A DNA stretch of 64,000 nt from a virus (IMGVR_UViG_3300005615_000002:4159-68158); one strand, 5' to 3'; counted from the first letter of the stretch, positions 36,989 through 46,620 are shown. Program-made: numbers and translations. The notes: generated by a model not told the origin, from the letters alone.

Positions 36989-39028
36989 TTAACTTGTTCT
37001 AATAGTACTACCAGCCCCACCACCATTGTTTCCAGTACTGGGCATCGCTTGATAACTATCTGGTCTTCCAGCACCAGGAGGTTGAGGCCCAATACCCATG
37101 GCACGTTGAGCAGCCAGTTTATCTATTTCTGTGACTGCTCCTGCTGGCGGCTCTCCAAATCCAGGAATATCAAGTGCCTTGGCTAGAGTCCAGATAGAAA
37201 TAATTCCTAAAGTAAAACCTTTTAGATATAACAGTTTACGTGTAGTTGCACTAGAATTTAATAATGATCCTGGAGCAATATTGAAGACTAACTGTCTCTG
37301 TACTTCTTTAAATCTATCAAATACCGGTAGTGGCCCACGTTCTAGGGCCACTTTAGTTAGATTACCTTCTCCGTCAAAATCTTCTGGATGTATAAAATCT
37401 GGTATTAACGTGTTTGGATCAAAGTCAAAATCTTCTGGCTGTGCTCCGGACGGACCTAAAATTCTATAACGTTTTGCAATTGTATAGAATTGCGCAAACA
37501 TTGAAATGAGAATAGTTGCAAACTCTCTCATAAAACATTCTATAGAACGTGATCTGGATTGAAGTATATAAGTCTTAGCTTCAATCATTTTTTCTATAGT
37601 TTCTGTTTCTGGTAACTGGTTTAGTGTTAATAGACTTTTGCCTAAATCAGACAATCCTGCTAGATCATCCATTTCAGCTTTAACCCAGTCAACTTGCTCT
37701 TTAATAATAGGCTCTAAAGGTGGCACCCCTGGCATAATAGGAGTTTCACCCATTGGATTAGCCAGTATCTTAAGACCTGGCCTGCGGGTATTGATAGCCT
37801 CCAAAGCCCGCTTACCCATTGACATGGAATTGGTTATAACGGGTGGATTAGCTACTTGTGCGGCATGATCATCTATAACCCTAAGTAGCCAGTCTAAGGA
37901 CTCTTGAAGAGGTAAAAGATCCCACATAGGACCCAAACCAAACCACTTATTGGGGAAAGGATCTAGTGTTAATTTAACAATTGGGAAATGTACCTGTTCT
38001 CCAGCAGCAAACCAATAAGGGTTTGGTATATCTTCTAAAACAGCGGATCTAGTAAAAATTACCCGCCGCCCTCTTGGATATTTCTTTTCTCCTGGCTTGA
38101 CTTCATAAGACCAATTGTTTGCCGGGATCTGTGGAGGTTTTGAAAATATATTTGCTATACCTTCTGGTTTTACCCAGGTAGGATCATCCTTAAATTCTCC
38201 CATTTGTATTGGAATAGTATTGCGGTTAATTTCAGCATCCATTACATACATTGTATAAATATAGATTGCTGGTTGTGCTCCAATAGAAGCTTTTGGACGA
38301 GAGGAAAATAATCCCTCATCTAGTGGGTTGCCAGCTTTCATATTAATGCTTTGATAAACCTTACCAGCTCTAGTAGACTCTAAGGCAGTACCGTCCAAAG
38401 CATCATGATCTGAACTTAAATATGGGGCAGCGTCAGGCCATAAAAGTCTGGCATGAGAAAGTGTATATTCTTCACGTACTATTACCCCACGGGAATTTTG
38501 AATAGATAAAAACTCACCATCTGGGCGGATGGGTATTAAATCTCGTGGATCAACAGCTTTAGGCATTATTTCTTGTCGTTCCGGGTCCCATTCTAACCAT
38601 AAATATCCACAGCCAGCTACCCAAGCATACCGTAGACATTGCGCCAGCCCTATTTGATCACAAGAAACGCGTGTATACCATGACGTGGCAAGTTTAGAGA
38701 AATTATCAGCAGTTTGGTCTAAGGAAGAGTTATAAGCTTTGATTTCAAAAAATGGCTTGATGTCAGTCATTTGAGCTACACCTTCCAAAAGTATCTTTCT
38801 CATGCGATTAGAAGATGTAGTAGCCAAACCACTAGGTCTATCTAATTCGGCCAGCATTGAAGATGTTTTTTTAGAACAAACTCTATCTATTACTGGTTGG
38901 ATTAAGTCATATCCAGTTTGCCGTTCTAAAAACTTTTGTCCGTCATCAAGACATAGTCCACCATACTGTATGATCTCAGAGGGATTGCCTCGACTAGGAA
39001 GTCGGATTGGGGCAGCACCAAAAGCCAT
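36989..39028 (-). CDS. Portal protein (P22-like)
   Basis: 679 aa after terminase; GCGYLWLEWD, VDPRDL, FPIV..DPFP..WFG.G..DLLPLQ motifs. Confidence 0.85.
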   Translation of the reverse strand: MAFGAAPIRLPSRGNPSEIIQYGGLCLDDGQKFLERQTGYDLIQPVIDRVCSKKTSSMLAELDRPSGLATTSSNRMRKILLEGVAQMTDIKPFFEIKAYNSSLDQTADNFSKLATSWYTRVSCDQIGLAQCLRYAWVAGCGYLWLEWDPERQEIMPKAVDPRDLIPIRPDGEFLSIQNSRGVIVREEYTLSHARLLWPDAAPYLSSDHDALDGTALESTRAGKVYQSINMKAGNPLDEGLFSSRPKASIGAQPAIYIYTMYVMDAEINRNTIPIQMGEFKDDPTWVKPEGIANIFSKPPQIPANNWSYEVKPGEKKYPRGRRVIFTRSAVLEDIPNPYWFAAGEQVHFPIVKLTLDPFPNKWFGLGPMWDLLPLQESLDWLLRVIDDHAAQVANPPVITNSMSMGKRALEAINTRRPGLKILANPMGETPIMPGVPPLEPIIKEQVDWVKAEMDDLAGLSDLGKSLLTLNQLPETETIEKMIEAKTYILQSRSRSIECFMREFATILISMFAQFYTIAKRYRILGPSGAQPEDFDFDPNTLIPDFIHPEDFDGEGNLTKVALERGPLPVFDRFKEVQRQLVFNIAPGSLLNSSATTRKLLYLKGFTLGIISIWTLAKALDIPGFGEPPAGAVTEIDKLAAQRAMGIGPQPPGAGRPDSYQAMPSTGNNGGGAGSTIRTS

Positions 39029-39351
39029 TAGTTGTCCAAGACCTCATCTTTAATACCTTCAGCAGCGTGATTTATCAAACCATGTTCTTTATTGAACTTC
39101 TGATGTTCTCTATAGGATGTTATCTCCTTACGCTCATAACCCTGTTCTTTATAATATTTTGGCATTTCCCCATCATTACGGCCAGGATAACGTACCTCTC
39201 CTGTTAATGGATGTTGCCAAACTACAGGACGTTCATTTAGAGGTAACTGTGCTAACCTACTATGTCTAATACTTTCAGAATAGTTTGTGGCACAAGACGG
39301 ATATTCTTCCATTTTTTTATGCATATAACAATACTGATATTTTAAGCTCAA
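39028..39351 (-). CDS. Hypothetical protein upstream of portal
   Basis: 107 aa, translationally coupled to the portal gene. Confidence 0.65.
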   Translation of the reverse strand: MSLKYQYCYMHKKMEEYPSCATNYSESIRHSRLAQLPLNERPVVWQHPLTGEVRYPGRNDGEMPKYYKEQGYERKEITSYREHQKFNKEHGLINHAAEGIKDEVLDN

Positions 39352-39863
39352 GTTCTAAGTTCCTTCTTTATCATAGATTCGAAGAAAGACTTTGGAGTTC
39401 TACCACCATACATAGCTAGGCTAAGTACGCGTTTCTGGGCTGGGGTAAGAGTAATTTCCTCTCCATCTATTTTCACTGTACCGGCTTTGATTAACAATTT
39501 AAGTGCTTGAGATGCAGATTCAATAGGCCACTTTTGGATTATATTTTCTAGTTGACCACGTTCTGAGTCTGAAAACCATAAACCACGTAAAGCATTATGG
39601 TTCTTACAATTAGCAAGTCTATGCTGCATGAGTTCTTCTACTGTGATGTCTGATTTAGTAGCAACCTTGGCATACTCATCATATACCGACTGTGGTATTT
39701 TAAGGGTCACAGTTTCTGAAGTTTCTACTATTACAGGAATATCCACACCAGTCATCAATGGAAATTCATCACGAAAAGTTTCAGAAGGTTTATCTACTTC
39801 TTCCACTTCCTGAGTTACCACTGTTGGCTTCGGTACAAATACTTTAGGTCTTATAGTTGCCAC
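39348..39863 (-). CDS. Hypothetical protein
   Basis: 171 aa, GTG start with GGAG RBS. Confidence 0.7.
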   Translation of the reverse strand: MATIRPKVFVPKPTVVTQEVEEVDKPSETFRDEFPLMTGVDIPVIVETSETVTLKIPQSVYDEYAKVATKSDITVEELMQHRLANCKNHNALRGLWFSDSERGQLENIIQKWPIESASQALKLLIKAGTVKIDGEEITLTPAQKRVLSLAMYGGRTPKSFFESMIKKELRT

Positions 39864-39907
39864 TATTTCTCCAATTTAATATTATATATTAATTATACTT
39901 TATTAGG

Positions 39908-40783
39908 TTACAGCCGCCCTATCTCCTCGAAACGATCTTCCCATGCTCCTTTTAAAGCTTCCGAGGACATATCGGACATTTGCCAGTTAACAGATTTACC
40001 CTTTGCAATTCTAGATTCATCTGGTATTTGGACTTGTGTATTAAAGTCGTGCGCCGCAAACCAAGCCAAAGCAGCAGCTCTCACTCTATCATCATGAATA
40101 CCATTGGTTCCCTCAGCATAGATAGTAAATTTTTCTGGATCTAATTTACAATCTGACATCTCTGATAATAGCCAAGGAGAACGAATTATTACCTTGCCAG
40201 AACGCACGTGTTTTCTAGTAAAAATAGACAAATCTCTTACTTGTTTAGGCCCTGCTTCCCAGCCTATACCTTTGGCTGGAGCATAAGTCAGATCGTTTAT
40301 ATACCTGGGTCTATAATAGTTTACATATCCATAGTGGTGAATTAAAGATTGTTCTGCAGGCCAGCCAGGACCAGGATATACTTCCAAAATTACATGAGCT
40401 TGGCCCATTTCATTGTTACCAGAGTATAGTCTGCCTAAACCATTTACAACAGGGGCAAGCTCATAAGCATCAACTGGGGCTGCAAATTCGGCCACCTGAT
40501 AATCTCTACCATCTCTACCAATACGCCATACAGAAACAGCCGCATTGTCGATTGATAGATCTGAGTCTGTAGTTAATTCGGGTGCCCACCCAGGAATACC
40601 AAAGGTTGGATCTACTCCAATCACATATTGTTGTCCAGGTTGTGGAGATTCAAACAACCATACATACCCACGTGCTTGAGATGGGGTAAGATCCTCTATA
40701 GCTTTACCTCGTATAACTCCAAGATCCGGGGTAAGTATATGCCCACCAGTTAAGATCCGATAAGTAGGAAATTTATCAGTCAT
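39908..40783 (-). CDS. terL: Terminase large subunit, nuclease domain as stand-alone gene
   Basis: YVIGVDPTFG, DNAAVSVW, ILEVYPGPG, HDDRV.AAALA RNase H-like motifs. Confidence 0.85.
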   Translation of the reverse strand: MTDKFPTYRILTGGHILTPDLGVIRGKAIEDLTPSQARGYVWLFESPQPGQQYVIGVDPTFGIPGWAPELTTDSDLSIDNAAVSVWRIGRDGRDYQVAEFAAPVDAYELAPVVNGLGRLYSGNNEMGQAHVILEVYPGPGWPAEQSLIHHYGYVNYYRPRYINDLTYAPAKGIGWEAGPKQVRDLSIFTRKHVRSGKVIIRSPWLLSEMSDCKLDPEKFTIYAEGTNGIHDDRVRAAALAWFAAHDFNTQVQIPDESRIAKGKSVNWQMSDMSSEALKGAWEDRFEEIGRL

Positions 40784-42057
40784 TATTGAATACGTCCTAC
40801 TGCTTGTGTATTTTGGAAATTATATGGAATTCCCCCTACAATACCTGCACGTAAAGCATCTATGGTTTCTACATCAAAAGCCCTGTTTCCAGATACTTGA
40901 AAACTCTCTTCTAGTGTAGTGGGATAATTAGTTAAGAAGTATGCAGTTCTGCCTAACTGTCTTTTAGCTTCATATTCAGACTCCCACCAATATGCCTGCT
41001 CTTTTGCGATCGTGACCTTCTTACCAAACATATAAGAGGCAGATGTACGTTCTGCCGTTTCTATCATTTGTTTAGTACGAGGAAGAGGTTCCCAGCCAAG
41101 AGGAGGTTGTTTTCTGTTGTGTCTAGGTTCAGCATAAAAAGGACAAAACAATACATCATACCTTGTACGACCTTCACGGGAGGCTGTTACTGTTTGATGC
41201 CACGTATTACCACGGCCATTAGATGTGGATTCCATTATTACTAGAGTTTCAGGGGACTGTGGCCATGTCGGTTCTAGATCTAAGAAAATAGATTCAGAGC
41301 CTGCCTGCCCTTGAGTAGTATTTATGTCCCAGTTGCCTAATTCTGTGATATGATTTATTGGAATTGTTTTACCCATACCCAAACCACCTTTCTGAGTGGC
41401 TTGGGCATAAAGAATCTTGCTACCCATCTTGCCAAAAGTCAGATGTATATTTTTAGCATCATATTCAATAGAAGGTTTTAACCACCAAGGTAGATGATCA
41501 TAGATTTCATGATCTCTATCATAAAGCTCTTGAACCATTGTTTCATCTATTGAGGCGGCCAATGCACGAGAATCTTCCCAAAAGAAAACTCTATGAGTTG
41601 TCAAAGCACGACTCATAGTAGTATAGCCTTCCTGTCTAGCTTTACAGCATAAGACTAAGAAGCCATCTACTGGTTCTCCACGCCTTTGAGCCTCTACTAT
41701 AGACTTTTCTTTTCTGGCCAAATATTCCATGAACATTTCTTGTGGAACTAATGGCTCTTTAACGCGGGAGATAATTACTGGATGATCTTCTAATTTGATG
41801 AGAGTATGACAATAACGTGTAAAATAATAGCGGAAATCATACTTACAAACGAGACGCTCATTTTTTATAAAAGCTCGTTCTGGAGGCGTAAGTGATCTGA
41901 CTTTGGTAGCAAAACCCCATTTATCCCTAGTTTCTACAGCTTTTTCCAACTGGTCTAACATCTCGTCCAACATGGTATCGTCATAGCGGACTAGTTTAAT
42001 ACCCAGTTTATTTCCCGCTTCCCAAAGCTGCTGATCTGTTAATTCTTGGTTATACAA
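40783..42057 (-). CDS. terL: Terminase large subunit, ATPase domain as stand-alone gene
   Basis: KARQEGYTT (Walker A-like), HITELGNW (Walker B), MESTSNG (motif III), YPTTLEESF. Confidence 0.87.
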   Translation of the reverse strand: MYNQELTDQQLWEAGNKLGIKLVRYDDTMLDEMLDQLEKAVETRDKWGFATKVRSLTPPERAFIKNERLVCKYDFRYYFTRYCHTLIKLEDHPVIISRVKEPLVPQEMFMEYLARKEKSIVEAQRRGEPVDGFLVLCCKARQEGYTTMSRALTTHRVFFWEDSRALAASIDETMVQELYDRDHEIYDHLPWWLKPSIEYDAKNIHLTFGKMGSKILYAQATQKGGLGMGKTIPINHITELGNWDINTTQGQAGSESIFLDLEPTWPQSPETLVIMESTSNGRGNTWHQTVTASREGRTRYDVLFCPFYAEPRHNRKQPPLGWEPLPRTKQMIETAERTSASYMFGKKVTIAKEQAYWWESEYEAKRQLGRTAYFLTNYPTTLEESFQVSGNRAFDVETIDALRAGIVGGIPYNFQNTQAVGRIQ

Positions 42058-42060
42058 AAT

Positions 42061-42435
42061 TTACTCTTCGTAGGCATCCCACAGTAAATTTGTAATATAT
42101 TCTGTAAGATACTCGACCTCTTTTTGGATATTATCTATTTCTTTAAAAGAAAGTTTACGTTTTTCATGAGCTTTTAATTTAAGTGGTTGTACAATTGTAT
42201 GAACTAATTCATGTATTATTGTACGTTCTTGTGTAATTAAAGTATCTTTCCAAAACTCTGGAAATATTTTTATACATATCTCCAGATAAGTTCTATTTAA
42301 ATCTACTTCAGCTCTAACATCGGCATCCTCACACTGAATATTACAAAATGTTATATGTACTGTCCAGTGTTGTAAAAGAAGACGCTTTCGCCACTTTTTT
42401 GCCCACTTGATTATTCTGGTTTTGTTGTGTGGCAT
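42061..42435 (-). CDS. SprT-like / minimal zincin (HExxH) protein
   Basis: TIIHELVHTI motif. Confidence 0.6.
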   Translation of the reverse strand: MPHNKTRIIKWAKKWRKRLLLQHWTVHITFCNIQCEDADVRAEVDLNRTYLEICIKIFPEFWKDTLITQERTIIHELVHTIVQPLKLKAHEKRKLSFKEIDNIQKEVEYLTEYITNLLWDAYEE

Positions 42436-42680
42436 TAGTTTATTATTACCCCACCTATTCTATTTGCTAAATGCTGTTCTACTAACTCCGCATTTTCATC
42501 CGAATAACTTACGCTAGAGTAATCATCTGGATCAAAATCCCTATCTGGTACTATTTGTGGAGAATCTATCTGGAAAATTTTCTCTAAATTATAGTTTAGA
42601 CGTTTAAGCTCAGATACAATCTCAGAAACATCTAATTTAATTATTCTCTGGCTTATTAAGGCCATTTTTACAATCCTCAC
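42435..42680 (-). CDS. Hypothetical protein
   Basis: 81 aa ORF coupled to the next gene. Confidence 0.6.
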   Translation of the reverse strand: MRIVKMALISQRIIKLDVSEIVSELKRLNYNLEKIFQIDSPQIVPDRDFDPDDYSSVSYSDENAELVEQHLANRIGGVIIN

Positions 42681-42748
42681 ATTTAGAATGATTTAATATA
42701 TACTCATCTAAGGAAATCCATCTTGAGCATTTACTACATTTTTCTAGC

Positions 42749-43534
42749 TCATTCTCCTTCAACGATTTCAGCATTTTGGACTTCTTCTTGCTCATTATCC
42801 ACTTTCTTTGCAGTCTTAGCTGCGACCTTCATCAATTCTTCAAAGTTGTCTACACCTTCCACAGTAACATTTCCAATTTGTTGATTAATTACTGAAGGGG
42901 AGTCTTTTAGTAGACCAACTGCTTTAAATACGTCTCGTCTAGCTTCTCTATCTCCACTAACTCGTACCTCTCCAGACCCTTTACATTTAGGGCATGGAAC
43001 TTCCTCATTCCCCCGCTTAATAGTTTTAAAACCTGTACAAGTCGGACAAGTATCTTGTGAGGGTGAGGCATCCTCTACAGCTCCCTGAGCTATCTTAGGC
43101 ACGCCTTGGAAAAAAGTTATGAATGTTTCTAGGAAATGCTTCTCTCTAAATAAATTACACAACTCTGGTAGAGTCATCCCAGCCCTGCGAGCTAATGCTT
43201 TAATTCCGTAATGTTGATACTTGCCAGAATCTAACATCTCGAAAAGTTTCTTGGCCTTCTGATTCTCACTCCATGAAGCTAGTTCCTTTAATCCTTCTTT
43301 TCCCCCAACTAGTTCCGAAAACTTTGTGTAGGCAGGGTCATCCCGTTCTGGGGTCATAAGGCGGTCATCAGCTTTAATTGCTAAACTACCCCCATAATTA
43401 TCTCCAGCATTTACTTTGGAATTTTTGCTTCCAGGTTTTCTTCCTGCTTTCCATGCATTGGGGCGGGCATAAGCTCGCACTATAGTTACACCAGCATTAT
43501 CTTCTGGCGGAATATTGTTGTTATTATCTTCCAT
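42749..43534 (-). CDS. Terminase small subunit candidate with HTH and DnaJ-type Zn finger
   Basis: First gene of the late operon; WKAGRKPGSKN, IKALARRAGMT HTH-like segment, CPTCTG...CPKCKGSG, low-complexity tail. Confidence 0.6.
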   Translation of the reverse strand: MEDNNNNIPPEDNAGVTIVRAYARPNAWKAGRKPGSKNSKVNAGDNYGGSLAIKADDRLMTPERDDPAYTKFSELVGGKEGLKELASWSENQKAKKLFEMLDSGKYQHYGIKALARRAGMTLPELCNLFREKHFLETFITFFQGVPKIAQGAVEDASPSQDTCPTCTGFKTIKRGNEEVPCPKCKGSGEVRVSGDREARRDVFKAVGLLKDSPSVINQQIGNVTVEGVDNFEELMKVAAKTAKKVDNEQEEVQNAEIVEGE

Positions 43535-44366
43535 GAATGTGTATATTATAAACCTTTATAAACCCACGGAGGCTGGCCGGAGTGGGAAGGCTTCTTTAAA
43601 TCTCAAACCTGGGTAATATCTTTAATTGGTAGGTGTAAAACCATTATACTCTAATAAAATTTTCCATTTTCGCGGCAAATTGGGGCTAAGTATTAATATT
43701 ATGTATTAATTATTATATATTTTATACATGCATGGTAGTAGTTAGAAATTTCCTGTGGTAAATCTTATTATATATTATTTAATTCCACTATTTAATATTA
43801 CTAGTATTCTATAATTTTTTTTTTAAAATGTAAATAGTCGGTACCCCCATTAGCACCCCTACCCCCAGGCCAACCCTTTGCACAATTGCCTTAATTAAAT
43901 ACATAAACTTATTTGAAGTCGTGGGAATAAAGTTATTAATTTGATTGTTATTATGTATGTAATATAGGAACCGGGGTTATTATGAGTTCCCCGCTGACCA
44001 TCGCTGGGGATGGAATTAAGTATGTACAAGTTTTCCCCGGGATAATCTGCATAATCAGGCTGTATTCGAGGCCACATCTTACCGCCTAAATTTCGTAAGT
44101 CGTTTAAAATCAGTGGTTTAGTGGGCGTAAGTTGCTTCCAAAACTGTGTGTTTCCAAAATTGCCGGATGACAAATCGGGGAGCTGGACCGAAATTGGGCA
44201 GCGTCGAGAGGCCGTCCAGCGCGAATCAGGAGAATGGCCTTGACAGACAGGCATGACCGGCAAGTTATCGGGTTATACAAAGCATGCGGTTAGTGACATC
44301 GATAGACCCGAGTGGGCACTAACAAATTTATTACATAACAGGTGTTTCAATTAGGTAATTAAGTAT

Positions 44367-44504
44367 TCTATACCAGACGAAGCGAGGTGTATTTCACGGT
44401 AGCTATAATGCTCCTGATGCAAACTGCTGAGTCTGGTATGGAAGTAATTGATAAATAAGTAATCATAATCACAGAGTTTGTAACTCTAGGTCGAGTGATT
44501 GTGA
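44367..44504 (+). promoter_or_regulatory. Structured leader (two stem-loop domains) upstream of first + strand gene
   Basis: 12-bp stem 44367-44378/44431-44442; 10-bp stem 44463-44472/44495-44504 enclosing a 6-bp hairpin. Confidence 0.5.
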
Positions 44505-44537
44505 ACGAATAACACAACTACTCATAAGGAGATAGTT

Positions 44538-44891
44538 ATGGAGAATAAAGAACCCTCGCGCGGTGTCAAGTTCATGGACACGAAGTATTCCCCAGTGAAA
44601 TTTCTCACCGTTGATGACGACCGCAACTACAAGCAGGGTGATCTCGTCTTCGTTGGCGGAGAAAGCAAGGTGTACGGCCCTTATCAACTCGATCTCCAGA
44701 TCGGACAGGGTAATGGGCAGGTTCACTGGAAGGCATTCTCGGTCAACAGCAGGGCGCAGCAGAAGCCTATGACCAAGGACGAGTTGGAGCAGCAGAACGC
44801 ACAACTCCTCGCCCGTATCGAAGAACTGGCCGCACAGGTGAATGCTGCCAAGCCGAAGCAACCCAAAGCGGCGGCGAGCACCAAAGCCTAA
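44538..44891 (+). CDS. Early hypothetical protein, GC-rich codon usage
   Basis: TAAGGAG RBS; C/G-ending codons; Lys/Ala-rich tail. Confidence 0.8.
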   Translation: MENKEPSRGVKFMDTKYSPVKFLTVDDDRNYKQGDLVFVGGESKVYGPYQLDLQIGQGNGQVHWKAFSVNSRAQQKPMTKDELEQQNAQLLARIEELAAQVNAAKPKQPKAAASTKA

Positions 44892-45026
44892 ACTAACCAA
44901 CCACTAGCCAACCTGAAAATCGTGTTAATGGTAGGTCGTGACACTCGGTAATGATAGGATAGCTAAACGATTAAGGGTGTCGAATCCAGCAAATCCTATA
45001 ACCAGCTTATAGTTTTCCTCCTTCTG

Positions 45027-45069
45027 GTGGCCCTGAGTCTGAAATATGGCTCAGGGCCACTTTGTGTTT
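45027..45069 (+). terminator. Intrinsic terminator
   Basis: 13-bp GC-rich stem gtggccctgagtc/ggctcagggccac (one G-U), 8-nt loop, tttgtgttt tail. Confidence 0.8.
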
Positions 45070-45098
45070 ATAGACTGGTTTAGACAAGGAGGGTTATA

Positions 45099-45374
45099 AT
45101 GAACAAACGAACATTAGGCATTGAAGAGCACAATATCCTCCTGAGTTCCTATACTGATGATGCCTTAATTGTGCAAGCCATCAATGAGGCACTCAAAGAC
45201 ATGGACATAAATATAGATAACTCCCTGAACAACTTTTACACATCCATAAAGGCTTGGGGAGACTTCTTAGTAACTGTGTCCGGGTATCATGACGAAGAAA
45301 AACGTACTCAAGTAATAATTAATATTGCTGCTATAACTGAGTGGGGAGAGTTTGCTTATGTCAGACCTGAATGA
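45099..45374 (+). CDS. Hypothetical protein
   Basis: AGGAGGG RBS; 91 aa. Confidence 0.75.
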   Translation: MNKRTLGIEEHNILLSSYTDDALIVQAINEALKDMDINIDNSLNNFYTSIKAWGDFLVTVSGYHDEEKRTQVIINIAAITEWGEFAYVRPE

Positions 45375-45639
45375 GTTTACTCTCATCATTAAGGGCGATT
45401 TGCAGAGTTCTGTAGCAGAACTAGTCAAGCATATTCATGACTTCACACATGGTATCTCTTATATGGACTACAGTGCGGAGTTTGATGAGACAAAAGTACG
45501 AATGCCATTGAGTAAAGACTTAGCCAAGGCGCTTTATCTATGGCTGCATGAGCCACCTGATACTGCTCCCTACCCGCCAGGAACCTTGTTACGGAGCTTA
45601 CTGTTGCGGGTGAAAGGGGCGAACCATGTGGACGTTTGA
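45358..45639 (+). CDS. Hypothetical protein
   Basis: ATG 45358 after GGGGAG; overlaps both neighbours. Confidence 0.6.
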   Translation: MSDLNEFTLIIKGDLQSSVAELVKHIHDFTHGISYMDYSAEFDETKVRMPLSKDLAKALYLWLHEPPDTAPYPPGTLLRSLLLRVKGANHVDV

Positions 45640-45964
45640 GTACACCAGCCAGCCGATCGACTACGCGAACCGGTACGGGCGCCTGACGCTCGTGCTGACC
45701 ACCGACTTCGTCCCGGTGTCCTCGATTCACGGTCGGGATCTACCGGACGAGGTCCGGTTCCGTGGCTTCGACACGGCGGAGCAGATCGCGCTCATCACGG
45801 ACAACCGGCGTTTACAGATCGCGTTCGTTCATCCGCTCTCGGCGGAGATTGGCTTCGTCATCGTGCACAACTCGCCGTCCACTGCGGCGGTTGCGCGCAT
45901 CGATCGGCTGGAGTACACGGGACCGAACGCGCAGAACGAGATCGCTCGGCTCGCGCACGTCTAA
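45626..45964 (+). CDS. Hypothetical protein, very GC-rich (foreign-looking)
   Basis: 112 aa; almost all codons end in G/C, unlike the flanking genes. Confidence 0.7.
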   Translation: MWTFEYTSQPIDYANRYGRLTLVLTTDFVPVSSIHGRDLPDEVRFRGFDTAEQIALITDNRRLQIAFVHPLSAEIGFVIVHNSPSTAAVARIDRLEYTGPNAQNEIARLAHV

Positions 45965-45984
45965 GCGGAAGGGAGGATTAAGTC

Positions 45985-46620
45985 ATGGATCTTGTTTATA
46001 AGTTGACAGACCAACAAATGCGGACGTATAACGGCTTTCAGTGGGAATTAAATGTAACACGTTTTACAGACGGAAAGGGCCATCTTTGTAGTCCTGGTTG
46101 GTTGCACTCATATTCAGATCCACTATTGGCCGTACTTCTCAACCCTATTCATGCCCGTATTAGAAATCCTCGACTTTTTCTTGGTAAAGCGTCTGGTGCT
46201 TTTTTGAACGATAAAGGTTTAAAGCAGGGACATACCAATCTGACTTTAGTAAAAGAGTTACCAATTCCCACTATTTCAATTGAGCATAAAGTAGCTTTTG
46301 CAATCTTATGTGGTTTAGAGGTCTACAAATCCTTGAATTTTAATGCTTGGGCGCAGAAATGGCTAGTAGGCATAGATAGATCCTATGACTCAGCTATGAA
46401 TGCTTGGTACAAAAATAGGAAAGACAAACTTTCTGCTGCTAACTATCTTTCTGCTGCTAACTATGCTATTGACGCTGCTATATATAGCCTAGAGATGTCT
46501 AAGCACCCCTTCTGCAAAGACATTATTAACACCTTTGTAGCACTTGTTGCTGAGTATACTGCTACAAGTGCTTCTGTTGATTTCGTCAAGCTAGCATACA
46601 AGGCTATGGAAATAGTGTAA
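45985..46620 (+). CDS. Hypothetical phage protein with Ala-rich C-terminal half
   Basis: YKLTD..M.T.NGFQW, LC..GWLH motif; GGAGG RBS; 18-bp tandem duplication (LSAANY x2) at 46429-46464. Confidence 0.75.
   Translation: MDLVYKLTDQQMRTYNGFQWELNVTRFTDGKGHLCSPGWLHSYSDPLLAVLLNPIHARIRNPRLFLGKASGAFLNDKGLKQGHTNLTLVKELPIPTISIEHKVAFAILCGLEVYKSLNFNAWAQKWLVGIDRSYDSAMNAWYKNRKDKLSAANYLSAANYAIDAAIYSLEMSKHPFCKDIINTFVALVAEYTATSASVDFVKLAYKAMEIV

Noticed and set aside
44240-44270. Sigma-70 promoter at TTGACA 44240-44245
   Set aside because: No acceptable -10 hexamer at 16-18 nt spacing.
44367-44442. Hammerhead ribozyme (ctgctga-gtc and gac-gaa resemble the core)
   Set aside because: The core reads CUGCUGA and GAAG instead of CUGANGA and GAAA, and no convincing stems I and III or NUH site can be drawn.
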